Below, piece by piece: positions 11,239-23,690 of a stretch of DNA of 64,000 nt. The translations under genes were made by a program, and so were the position numbers. The stretch comes from Octopus bimaculoides (Eukaryota). Each line of letters starts with the position of its first letter. Within the stretch, counting starts at the first letter, position 1. The notes under the pieces were generated by a model that did no database searches, was not told the DNA's origin, and worked only from the letters and a program-made list of their open reading frames with translations. The stretch is from assembly GCF_001194135.2 (NCBI RefSeq), contig NC_068983.1:53032280-53096279 (forward strand), in the 5' to 3' direction.

Positions 11239-13668
11239 GTAATTTTGTTTTTATTTATTTGTTATTTTTACATTTTCTTATTGCATTGGGAATACATTAA
11301 GCATGATGTGGTGCCCCCATCAACTGCTCATCTTGCAGTAACTTCAGCTGGCTCTGGGCAGAGTTGACGCTGGCAGAATTTTAACTCAGTATATAGCAGG
11401 GTTAACTAAAAATTTTTATTCACTAACAAGTAAGTTTAAATATTTTTTGTGTTAAGAAGCTAAAAAAAAGTTTTCTTGGAAATGTTACATTCTACAAACT
11501 GGATGTAAACATCCGTATTTGCTATTAGTGCATTTATGGACCATGTAGCAAACAGAGTCATAGAAAGGAGTTGCAATTTAAGTCACTAAGTAAAAACATC
11601 CATTTAGTTTAAAGAAAGTTGTCATTTGTCTTCCAAAGAAAATATTTGATCAGTTATTATTCTGTTACTTCTTATAATGAGTATTTAAGTTCTTGTTTAT
11701 ATTATAGCTACAATTACAATCTTTGAAAGTACAGATGTTAAGTAATTTTGTCCACTGGACATGGTATTGATAATTACAGCAATATTTTATTGGTATAATT
11801 TCATTCCTACATGATGTGAGCAACTTAGAAATTTAATTAATTTTTTCTGTTCTAGAATTTACATTTTTATTCTTTTAACCTCAGAAATCTATTCAATCTT
11901 ACTGATCCACAGATTGCAATGAAATAAGATTTTTGAATGTTCAGTCAAAGATTGCATTGCAAAACACTGGGCATTGAATTCATTTGTTCTACTTTTCTAG
12001 TAGTGGCGTATATTAATTTCCCACCATTAGAGCTTGATTTAAATTAAGCTATTAATAAGAAAAGACCATTTTATTGAACACCAGAATAGGAAACAATTGA
12101 GTCTTTTGTCACCACTGACTTTGCAAGTGAGAGATGCCAAGAGGCTCTATTAATTAGCTCTCCGATATGTATGCATTTGAGTGCATGGGTATACCCAAAT
12201 GTGTAAAAGTTTAGGTACTATTTTATTTGAAATGTATTTGTTAGCTTATGTTAATGAAAGATTATCTGTACAAAATATTTGTAAGGGGCTCTTGACTATA
12301 CTTTGAGAATCCATTTTAATTGCTAAGGTGTTATTTTTTACTCCACTTTTATGAATAATGAAATATTGGAAATATAATTTAAATATATAGAAAATATTAT
12401 TATGGGTATTTAATGAAAAACTGTCAGTGAAAAATGAACACAAAAAATTCCTTTCAAATTTCTTCCAATCATTATTTATTGAGACTTATTTCCAATTTTT
12501 TTTAATGTTCTTATAACCATATAGCAACTTCAAAATTCTGCCAACATCCATTCGATAACATTTTATATTTATATTAAATTGTGTGTTATATTAATTCAAT
12601 AATTTCCAATAGAATTCAATAACAGTTTAAATAAAACTGAAAATGCACAGTTAAATACATATGCATATAACTTAGGAAATTTCAGACAAAATTTGAAAAT
12701 CTGTATCTGCAAACTGCTTTGTGTATATGGATGTGTCAAATCATTAATGTATAATATACTTTGCACTGGGTGCATATGAGTGCGTTCATCGATTTTACAC
12801 TTGCATATACACAAATAGAAACAGAACATGTTAAAGTGATATTGAGATATAGAATGTTGATCTATCATAGGAGTCAGCAAGTATAGCATTGACATGATGT
12901 AAATGATAAAACATGCATTAACATCATTGAAAAGGAACATTTTTTTAACGTCTTACAATCTCAAATGTGCATAATTTTAATAGTCTCAGTTAAAATGCTA
13001 AGTGAAACGGTTAGCAAGTAGTAAAAAAAAAAAAAGAAGCAGCACAAACAAACTATTGTACTTATAGAAAAAAAGAAAGAGATGTGCCTTCATTTTTCCT
13101 TTTTATAATTTCAGACAGAATTTAGTCATATGAGAGTTAGTATAATATAGGTTGCAAGCAAATCAACAAAAGAATTAGACCATATTTGATAATATACAAT
13201 ATAATTGAATCTAATTTAATCATATAATTAATTCTAAGATCTAAATTGATTAAAAATATTGCTTATAGGTAATAATTTTCTTTGTATATTATTGGAAAAG
13301 ACAATTACTGGCAAAGGGATACTTGTATCATTATATATGTCATCATCATTGACCATATGTCCACCCATGTTCGCCATTCACTTCTTTTCATTCTTCTCAT
13401 CTCTACCTATCCACTATCCTTTCATAGTCCTGTGAATTTACTTACCCACCCATAGCACTTTTATTATATTCACCTTTCTGCAAACTTGAGAGTACACTCT
13501 GGCTCATTTTCACTACCCTCTTTCTTTTCCAACTGGGACAACTATATATCTCCCCCAAAAAGCTAAAGACATGTTCTCCTGCTATCATATTTTAGCCTCT
13601 CATCACCTGGTATAAAGTCATCTCCCTCAACACTACTTCTTCCTTCACTCAAGGGGGTTTTGTCATGT

Positions 13669-13886
13669 GAGTTACTTGCTGACCTTATCTGTGCTGGTGC
13701 TCAATACACTCTGTAAAGTGGTTGGTGTTAGGAAGGGCATCTAGCTATAGAAACCATATCAAAAGCAGACATTGGAGCTTAGTACAGTCCTCTGGTTCCC
13801 CAGCTCTTGTTGAACCCTCCAACCCATGCCGACATGAAAAACAGATGCTAAATGATGATAATTATGATGATGATGATGATGATGAT
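13669..13886 (+). mobile_element. Family C element with (GAT)n tail
   Basis: GTGGTTGGTGTTAGGAAGGGCATCTAGCTATAGAAACC...CCAACCCATGCC...TAAATGATGAT. Confidence 0.85.
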
Positions 13887-13887
13887 A

Positions 13888-14095
13888 CTATCATCATCAT
13901 CATTCATGATCAATGATTTAACATCCACTTTTCCATGCTTGTATGAGTCAGATGAAATTCTTTGAGGCAGATTTTCTTAGGCCAGGTGACCAGCCCTCAC
14001 CTGTTTTCAAGCAAAATAATATTTCCTTATAGCTAGACATATTTGTTTGTCTGTTTTGTTTTTTTTACAGAAAATTGTCAACAAGTAACTCTGCT
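13888..14095 (-). mobile_element. RTE-tail-type repeat (C-related), tail-to-tail with the previous element
   Basis: (ATC)n then TTTAACATCCACTTTTCCATGCTTG...CAGCCCTCACCTGTTTTCAAGC; related + copies at 14985-15118, 53735-53868, 56560-56750. Confidence 0.7.
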
Positions 14096-14147
14096 TTTAT
14101 GATGGTGATACTTGTAGACAACCATTACCTACTGTTAAGACAAGAAT

Positions 14148-14150
<3 letters not shown>

Positions 14151-14192
<42 letters not shown>

Positions 14193-14350
14193 CACACACA
14201 CTCACATGGGCTTCTTTCTGTTTTTGTCTACCAAATTTACTCATAACACTTTTGTTGGCATGGGCCCATAATAGAAACCATTTGCCCAAGGTGCATGCAG
14301 TGGGACTGAACCAAAGACTATTTGATTGGAAATTTTTTTAACCACACAAT
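14151..14350 (-). mobile_element. SINE module A with (CA)n tail
   Basis: Reverse complement of the module A signature (TTGCCCAAGGTGC...GCAGTGGGACTGAACC). Confidence 0.8.
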
Positions 14351-14656
14351 ACATACATACATACATATACATAACTCGTTCTTGCAAACCAGGATTGTTT
14401 ATTCTTTGTTTACTTACTAATTAACTGACTCTAATGGATTTCTTCCTCTGAAGTTTGAAGAACTATATGTTCTTCCCCATTAGAGTCTAACGAGTCGCCC
14501 ATAGGGTTAAGCCCTTTAGGGATGTGAAATCATTGGTCACTCTATGACCAGACATAGATTTAACTACTTATAAATACACTACTGCTCTACACTTTAGAGT
14601 GTGCTTCTTTTTCGGACATATGATACACTGACGATATGTGTGTGTGTGTGTGTGCG

Positions 14657-14810
14657 TGTGCAGCCATGTCTGTGTAGTTGAGCTTCCCACTCAGCCCTGT
14701 GGTTTTGGTTTCATTCCACAGTACAGAACCATGGGCAAGTTTCTTCTACTATAGTCTTATAACTGGCCAAAGACTTCTGAGTGTGTTTGGCAGATTGAAT
14801 CTAAAATATG
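14657..14810 (+). mobile_element. Diverged SINE module A
   Basis: ATGGGCAAGTTTCTTCTACTATAG...GAGTGTGTTTGGCAGA followed by (TG)n. Confidence 0.7.
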
Positions 14811-15191
14811 TGTGTGTGATGGTGGGGTGGGGTGAGTGTATGTGCATGCATGTATTCGCTTGTATGAGTGCATGCCTGTACTTGCATGTGTGTGTGTGTG
14901 TTTGTTTATATGAGATACCAACAATGGCATGATTTCTCTTATCAACAAATTCTTCGCTGGTTTTGGACCCTCAAAGTGAAGCAGAATAAGAAATCTCTTG
15001 CTTGAAGGATCAGTAAGGGTTAGTGCCAAGAAAGCCATGCAGCTGTAATAAAATGCATTAATAATATATTCATCAGATGCATGCTAGCATGGAAATATGG
15101 ATGTAAAAACAGATGATATGCATATATATACATATATATATATATATATGTATGTATATATATAAATTATTTATGTATACGCGTATATGTT

Positions 15192-15243
<52 letters not shown>

Positions 15244-15628
15244 AATGTATATGTATGTATATAAATAGTTTGTCTACCTGTCTGTTTGTCTCCCTTTTTC
15301 TCTCCTCTCTGTCTCTACATACATACATACACACATATATTACATCACAACTAAGCTTACCAAATCTTGCATCACATGTTGTAATTCTATTATATAATAA
15401 GTATGACAAGAAAATATGAATTTTAAATCTGTTTAAAGTTACAAGACAGTCGTCTGCATTGGATTAATTCTGTACTTGGCTTATTGGTTGAGTTTTCAGT
15501 ATTATCTATACTACTGTGATTTAATATTTCTGTGTTACTTTATTTATTACAAGACTCATATCCCGACATAGCAGTTTCCATTTTAAATTCCATGCATTTT
15601 CTTCTATTTCTTTGTTGCTCTGTGTGTC

Positions 15629-15672
<44 letters not shown>

Positions 15673-15745
15673 CGTGTATGTGCTCACAGATCTTTTCATT
15701 GTTCTTTTGTTCTGATAACTAATGGTCCACTTGTTTCACCTTTAG

Positions 15746-15801
15746 AATTATTCCACTACAATGGGAAGATAAATGTGAACATTTGATTTCAACTATCTCT
15801 G
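15746..15801 (+). CDS. Candidate 56-nt exon (IIPLQWEDKCEHLISTIS)
   Basis: CTTGTTTCACCTTTAG acceptor, CTG|GTAGAT donor; only the phase-2 frame is open. Confidence 0.28.
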
Positions 15802-17272
15802 GTAGATCTTACATCAATTATACTTCTGGACATATGTGTTCCTCTTGAATACTGTTCTAATTTGATATCATCTTTGATGTTTTTGAAATTTCACAGTCTA
15901 CATTGTGATAATATATTACAATGCTATTCATATTCATATATTTCATGAATTGTACAAATTAGATTTTTTATTTCATTCCAATGATTTTGGTTGTCAAAAA
16001 TTATTCCTGAAGTCATTAAACCGTCTCTGTTTCTATATTCAAGAAAGGCAAGTTCTAATGTTTTAGACAAGTTTTAAAAAATGTCATGCATTGATGGTGA
16101 AGTGTATCTTGACAAACAGGCACAGGACCAGAAAGAATGGGAATGCCAATACTTTAAACTTATCTATCCTATACCAGCGTTACTGAAAAATTTGCAGTAA
16201 AATATTGACAAAGCTAGATTCTATTAAGTTATATAATTACACTTTATTTTACCTTTAATACTTTTTAACTAACTTGGAATATCATAGTATGGATGTTTTT
16301 ATAAAGAAGACTTAGCTGCTAATGGATGTCTATGCATAACTCTCATCTCATATTGTGAAATCTAGACATAAAGATTTACAAAGTGAAGAGTTATATGTAT
16401 GTTTTGATGTGAAGTCTTCAAATTTCCATTTTAGGAAATGACTAATCAATTTCTATTGTATGTGGATGAAAAAAATTATATCAATAACATTTATTAAATA
16501 TTTGTATGAACTTTTTGAATGGCGTTTCCAGACAAATTTTTCTCTTTATATGGCATAATTCTCATCAATCAATAACATACATTCTTTATTGACATTCATA
16601 TTGTATTTCCTCTGCTATTTTAAGAAGTATATGTATATATTACTTAAAAATCATTTCTACTAATTCTGGCATTTAGTTATTTAATGTTACACAATATTGG
16701 GCTTAGTGAATGAAACCTAATTTATAAGTTTATTTTTTCATTGAGTAATTTCATTTCTTTTTGTTCTGCAATTATTCAATTTGTTTTCTTTCTTTTTTTC
16801 TTTTTTTTTTCTGTCTTTCCTTGGCTAAATACCCCATATTATATTTCTTAATTCTCTTAATTATATTTGAAATAGCATTACAATTGAAAGAACAAAATCT
16901 ATATCAGTTTTGAAACTAATGAAAATAATTCAATATATTAATATAGTCTTTATTGTATAATTTTAGATATGTTTACTTATAAAAATTAGATTTTATTTCA
17001 AGGAAAATCAGAAAGTTTATGTGAAATACATAAAAATTTATTTGAATGATTCTGGCAAATTATTATTTAAAAGGAGGATAATGGCAAATATTTTTAGTCA
17101 AGATCTGAATGTTTTAAACCATTAGTTCTACTTAAATGAGTTGTTTATTAACTATTATAGCATCTATTTAGACTTTTCATATAAATTTTAGCTATCATTA
17201 TTATAACTAATGTACTTACTATTAAGTAGATAATTATGAAAGTATGTAATTATTATTATTACTGTTAGATTA

Positions 17273-17633
17273 GGATGGTGGAGGTGAGTTGACAGAATGA
17301 TTAGAGCATTAGAAAAAATGCTTTACTATATTTGTTCCAACTCTTTATGTTCTGAGTTCAAATCACACCAAAGTCAGTTTTGCCTTTCAGTTCTCTAAGG
17401 TTGATAAAATAAAAGACAAGTTAGGTGTTGTGGTCACTAGAATTGACTAACCCTTCCTCTCAAAACTGCTGACCTTGTGCTAAAATTCATAACTGTTAAA
17501 GAGACAATCTGGCAGAATTATTAGAGTATCAGAAAAATGCTTTACAGCTTTTGTTCCAACTCTTTACATTCTGAATTCAAATGCTGTCAAGGTCAATTTT
17601 GCCTTTTATCCTTTCAGGATTGATAAAATAAAG
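17273..17633 (+). mobile_element. Two tandem copies of tRNA-type SINE family D
   Basis: GGCAGAAT..TTAG (A-box-like), TTCTGAGTTCAAAT (B-box-like), TTTGCCTTT..TCCTTT...GATAAAATAA at about 17273-17493 and 17499-17633. Confidence 0.8.
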
Positions 17634-18211
17634 TATATATTGTGTGTTATTAGATATTATAATTTTTGTTAGTGCAATTTTAGTTTTTAACACAAGGTAT
17701 TCTTCCCACTGATAACCATTCAATTGTGAAGCAGTGAGCTATTGTATTGGCCCTGGTTGAGCATTCCAATGATCAAAGACATTGCAAGCCATTTTATTAT
17801 TTTTGTAGTCAGAGTAAATCTAGAGCCATGGTCATTATTTTCTAAAATGTAGGATTTAATTTGACAAATCCTGTTGTTTCAGAAAAGTTGGCACATGTTG
17901 GTTTGTGATGCAATAAGTTTTATGTCAAGCAGGCGAACTAAAGAAGCAGTACTGTGCTTTCTTCAGCACCATAATTCTGGTAATACTGAACTCATGACAA
18001 TATGGCTTCTAGTTTAATACTTAACATCATTGTCAATAATATAAATATCATTGTACTCAAAAAGTCACTATTTCTTTATTTTTGTTGTTATTCTCTTGTC
18101 AGTGTTACTTTATTTGCTTATTTACTTCCTTGCTCAATTATTGTTATTATCATTATTATTAACAATTATCATTGTTGTCACTGCTGCTGCCATCATCATT
18201 GTCAGTGAGAC

Positions 18212-18415
18212 TGATGGCAGTAGGTTGGTAAGTTCCTTACAAGATCCGACAAAATGCCTTGCAGTATTTGCTCCAGATCTTTACACTCTGAGTTCAAATC
18301 TCGCTGAGAGCAGTTTTACAGTTCATCCTTCCAGAGTCAGTTAAATAAACTTTTAGTTAAGTATTGGGGGTGACTTACCCACTTTGCTCAATTTCTAGCC
18401 TTGTGATCATACCAG
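18212..18415 (+). mobile_element. SINE family D, diverged
   Basis: CTCTGAGTTCAAATCTCGCTGAG...TTCATCCTT...GCCTTGTG. Confidence 0.7.
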
Positions 18416-18979
18416 CATAGACCATTTTCTTTATATATCACCTGAACCTTTAGATCCATAGACAGTTTCTTAATTCGCTTTTACTCAGGCCTTCGTGAAA
18501 ACTGACACTGTATATCTAATAGATTACAGTAATTGTTTACTAAACAGTCCTTGTCTTTCACAGTCATTGCTTGTGTGTTACTTCCATACCCAATTAAATT
18601 TCTTACACAGATCTGTTATAGTCTGCTTTTTACACAAAAGCAGAGAACCTTAGTCTGTATCAAACATAATGCCCTTCTAAACATATTTCGTCCTGCTTTT
18701 GTTTTTGTTATTTATTGATACTCTCACTAACTACAATGCCTTTATAGCAAGCATTTTAGAACTACAACCTAGTCACATGAATAGTAAATTCTCTCTATTT
18801 CAATACTCTTCTAATAGCCACTAGTGTACTACTGTTGCAATGTTGCCTGCATTGAATAAGGTGTTATGAGCAATTCCATTTCCAAAATGACTCTAAACTT
18901 TTGGGCCTTTTGTCAAAAACTGGTGCTGTAGTCTTTGCTGTATTTAAGTCTTTTCTTAAATAAACTTTGTTTATTACTC

Positions 18980-19750
18980 TGTGACAGCTTATATTACATA
19001 AAGAAGTGGTGTATTAAAATCTTCAGTGAAAACCAGTCTGGAGAATTCCAGACCAATGACCTTAAGGTCTATGATCAAGAGGAACATCTACATGCTAAAT
19101 TCTTTATCAACTTCACTTTGACTCTTGATCTTGCTTATATGGTCACTCTTTGTTGAATGAAGTGTTGTCATGAGCCACTCACTTACATTAAGACTTCTCA
19201 GGGACCCTCACTCTCCCCTGTACCACAAACTATCATTTTTCCATATCAATAAATACAGCATAGAGCTGTTCTTTGTTGAAAATTCTCTCGTAGTTATTTG
19301 TTTTACCAACAATGATATATCCATAACTCTACTTGCAAGTTATTCAACTTCACTCTGTCTTGCACTAACTTTGATACAAACCTTTCTCACACTTTCATAA
19401 CTTGTGGATCCTGTAATTTCCTCTCTTTATTGAGTTACTTTTAGCTTCATAACAGTTGTCAATGTTTCAGCTATATCATTTTTAAAGTTACCACTTCTCT
19501 GCATTATTTGATAACCTAAGCAAGTAATATATGATATATCTGCCTAGTCTGATTTATTCAACATCTTATTAACTATCACTAAAAGAACTCTAGTTTTTCT
19601 TGTTTTGATATCCGTAATCATTTTACTATGTTCACATTATTATTTACAACTGGTCTATTTGTTGATTCCATAGGGTTAAACTTTATTTATTCTATTCTTA
19701 TTTTTCTTTCAGCATGTTCTCATAATAACTTTCAACATAGACACAAGGTT
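18980..19750 (-). mobile_element. Decayed RTE-clade LINE, RT N-terminal region
   Basis: Minus strand gives LYAVFIDMEK (about 19236-19265; F.D..KAFD motif), VSEWLM downstream, and YYENMLK and GNYRG-like motifs upstream; many stops and frameshifts. Confidence 0.7.
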
Positions 19751-19964
19751 AGATGTGTGTGAGTTCTCTTTTGTTTTTTATTGTAGAAGGAGCAGTTGAT
19801 TTTATTGACCACTATAATAAGGACAAATGGCAAAGTTAACCTTGGTTGGACTTGAACTCAGAACATAAAGCATTCAACTCCTGCCAATGTCAACTCTTTG
19901 CATTCTTCCAAAATAGATAAACTAAAGTACCAGTGAAATAGTGGGGTCACTATAATCTTATAAT

Positions 19965-20248
19965 CTTTTCTACTCTAGGCACTAGGCCTGAAATATTTTT
20001 GGGAGGGGGCTATTCAATTAGATTGGCCCTAGTATGTAACTGGTACTTAATTTATCGACCTCGTAAGGATGAAAGGCAAAGTCGACTTCAGTGGAATTTG
20101 AACTCAGAATGTAAAAATTCAGCCATGGACAACTTTGCCTTTTATCCTTTTGAGGTCGATTAAATAAGTACCAGTTATGCACTGGGGTTGATGTAATCAA
20201 CTTAATCCCTTCCCAAAAATTTGAGGCCTTGTGCTGCCAGTAGAAAAG
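19965..20248. mobile_element. Head-to-head fusion of two 5'-truncated SINE D copies (19965-20112 minus, 20113-20248 plus) within a 16-bp direct repeat
   Basis: Both halves carry the 3' tail AGTAGAAAAG facing outwards; ACTATAATCTTATAAT at 19949-19964 and 20249-20264. Confidence 0.88.
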
Positions 20249-20624
20249 ACTATAATCTTATAATGATGATGTTAATGTTTTATTGGTACTTAGAACATGT
20301 GCAAATATAACATTACATTGTGCACTCATTTCTGGATGCCATTCTGCATTGTATTAACACACTATCTTGTGATTCCCTGGATAAAACATTGGAGAACTTC
20401 AACATTTTACTGTACTGGAAAGAAATGTTATCAGATATATCTTGTATGAAGAAAATAATACTCCAGTTACAAACTATGTTAATTAGTGGATGTAGAGTGC
20501 ACTAGTGATAAATTTGAATTTTTATTTATTTAAGCGGAAAAAAATAGATGTTTTGCTATTTTGACAGTACTGTAAAAAAATTAAAACTGAATGACAAATA
20601 TTCTATGTGTGTGTGTGTATGTAT

Positions 20625-20663
<39 letters not shown>

Positions 20664-22192
20664 TATAGGCAATTAGAAAGGAAATAAAATCCTAATGTGG
20701 AAATTTATACAATATTATGAAATTTATTACATATTTACTACTGTAAGCTCTTTCATTATTTGTAAATTTTACACTACATCATGTCAATAAAGTTCTTGTT
20801 ATTAAGTGGTTTATATTGTTTTGATTATTGTTCGTTTTGTGTGTGATCTAGGTTTTCTTTTATTAGTTGTAGTAGTAATAACAACCTCCAGCACCCACCT
20901 ACTCTCATTATATGCACATACATACCTACAAAGCCAACATAATTTCATTTTGAATTGGTAAGATTTTATTATTTTAATACAAAACATTTTTATTTGCCGT
21001 ATGAAGTGACATTATAACATTAAATTTTTAAAATATGTGGCAAAATCTCTAACAAGAATCGCTAACTGATTGCAAAAGTTTGATGCACTGAAATTTAATA
21101 TATAAAAACCTAAAGAAAATAACGTAGAAAGTAAAGAAGTAAAATCTAACAAACTACAAAAAAAAAAAAAAATTAATAAATAAATAAAATTCATATAGAA
21201 AAAGATGGACACTTTATACTGATATCTTTTCAGAAAAGTTGAATACAATTCTGTAACAGTACGAATGTCTTAAACAGTTATTTAAGCAGTAGTTTTGTCA
21301 AGAATGAGATTTCTTTATGTGAAGATAATTTTCTTTAAACATTTACATTAGTTACAATTTGTTCATATTTATTACTGTTTAATGTATTATTAATGTATTT
21401 ACACAATTCTTGCAGAAGTAATTTTATAATCTACTGAAAACTCTTGACTTATAGTATATGTAGTATCATAAAGACAATTTAAAGAATTTCTTTATTTCCT
21501 ATATGAATTATTAAATATGTTTTGCTACAAGATTTAATAGATCTAACTTGCAGCCTATCTCTGTACATGATGTTAACTACTGGTTATTTGGGCTATTGAA
21601 ATTTATGGTTTTAGATTTTATAATGTACTTTTTAATGCAAAAGCATTTGTTGGTTTTGAAATAGGGTTAGAAAAAACTCTTATGCATAATTTTAATGTCA
21701 TTTTATAATAATTGGAAATTATTAGTTAGTAGTCAGAATCAAAGAAGAGGGAAAATGGCTTAAGTAGTGCCGAAATAATATTTGAAAGTTTGCAACTTCA
21801 TGGGGAATATTTAAAATACATGACCAACAATACAACTTAATTGTGATATTTTAAGATATATTAGAAACAGATTTACTTTCTGTATTACCCACTAACAGCT
21901 GAAATATAATAATTTTAATACTTCTCATAGCCATCAGAACTTCATGCAATTTAAAATTGTTCTCAGACATTTGAGATCTATCAATAGAAAGCAATTAAGA
22001 ATTTAAAAATAAGGAATTGAATTCTGACCTGCAAACTTATATTTATTCTTTCATGAGTTAACAATTAAAATAACTTAATCCACAACATTTTTACATTTTC
22101 ATCTGCGTTAGGATTGTTTGAACATATTATATATTCCATTAAGTAAAATTTCAGTTCTTTAGAAATAGAAACATACTCACTGTTATTCATTA

Positions 22193-22193
22193 T

Positions 22194-22254
<61 letters not shown>

Positions 22255-22368
22255 NNNNNNNNNNNNNNNNNNNNNNNNNNNNNNNNNNNNNNNNNNNNNN
22301 NNNNNNNNNNNNNNNNNNNNNNNNNNNNNNNNNNNNNNNNNNNNNNNNNNNNNNNNNNNNNNNNNNNN

Positions 22369-22427
<59 letters not shown>

Positions 22428-22465
22428 CACACATATACATACGTACATACATATATGTATATACA
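22193..22465. repeat. (CA)n(TA)n microsatellites around a 114-N gap
   Basis: Directly visible; similar blocks either side of gap 22255-22368. Confidence 0.95.
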
Positions 22466-22974
22466 CATAATTTCCACTCCTGTTTCAGAGCAAATATGTT
22501 TTTAATTTCAAAGCATTAACATTTATATTATTTACAAAAGAAATTATGCTATTACAAGAAATTGTTGTTGCTGATAAAGTGGTAGGAATATTGGTTAATG
22601 GATATAGGGACAGCAATGAGAGTAGTTCTTTGACTGAACCATTTTTTAAAAAAATGTCAAACATTTAATGCATGCATTTTAGTGCAATTAATTGTTGTCC
22701 GTTAAAGTGAAGCTTTCATATTTGCTTGTCTGTAATATTATTCTGCTTCTGTCATGTATGCAATACTTTAACCATGAAATGAGATGGAAGGCATAAAATT
22801 TACATTATTTGTAAGACAATGACTAATAAACTATGGAAGGAAATTAAAGACATAATCTATTAGAAGTACATTCATATTATTTATGCTATTAATATGACAA
22901 CTGACTAATAGATGAATATTTTAAATTAAGTATGGCATATGTATATTATGTTTTTCATTTAATCTTTTACTGGG

Positions 22975-23080
22975 TATTGGTTTGTGGCCATGCTGGGGCA
23001 CTACCTTTATGGGATTAGTCAAACACATGCAACCCAGTACTTATTTTTAACTTTGGTATTTTATTAATGTGTATTTGTTA
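22975..23080 (-). mobile_element. Diverged SINE module B fragment
   Basis: GTGGCCATGCTGGGGCAC...TAGTCAAAC...CCCAGTACTTATT is the reverse of the module B end. Confidence 0.55.
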
Positions 23081-23374
23081 CATTATATAAAATCACCAGT
23101 TTTAAATGTAAATTGTAAACACACACACACACACCTGTACATGGGATACTATATTTCATATGCTGGGACTAGAAGTTCAATATAATGATATGAAGTGATA
23201 TTTGATATGAAAATAAGGATGTTATACCTAAGTGACCTAATTAGCAATGGAAGTGGATATTCCAAAAGCATAGTACCAAGAGTAACAAGGGTGAAATAAT
23301 TTAGTTAGCTTCTACCTCTGCTAGCAACAAAACTATTCTCTCTTCTCTCTCAGACTAAAGGACTAATTATATGA

Positions 23375-23690
23375 TGTGTCATACTTTGTACACAAGTAAA
23401 TTACAATGTTGCATGATAGGTAGATGTACACCTTGAATGTGGAAGATGTATGGGAGCTTTCAAAGAATGGAGTGAACATGCCCTGCTGATGTATAATGTT
23501 AGCGTGCATGAATGATAGAAACACAAAGGAAATGAGAGAGTAATTTCAGAAATCTGATGTAGTGTGCAAGAAAGTAGATGGCACTGGTATAGGCATATGA
23601 TGCATATGGATGTTATTAGTTGTATAATAAAGTTCCATGGGTTCAACATAGATGAAATTTATGGAAGGAGGAGACTTATATATACTATTA
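23375..23690 (+). mobile_element. Decayed RTE-clade LINE, ORF C-terminus
   Basis: TMLHDR*MYTLNVEDV...YNVSVH and VQESRWHWYRHMMHMD resemble RTE motifs MLHGSETW and RLRWYGHVMRMD. Confidence 0.75.

Noticed and set aside
15361-15386. Minus-strand 26-nt exon candidate (LQHVMQDL) with good splice sites
   Set aside because: Too short to assess; cannot be chained to other minus candidates with confidence.
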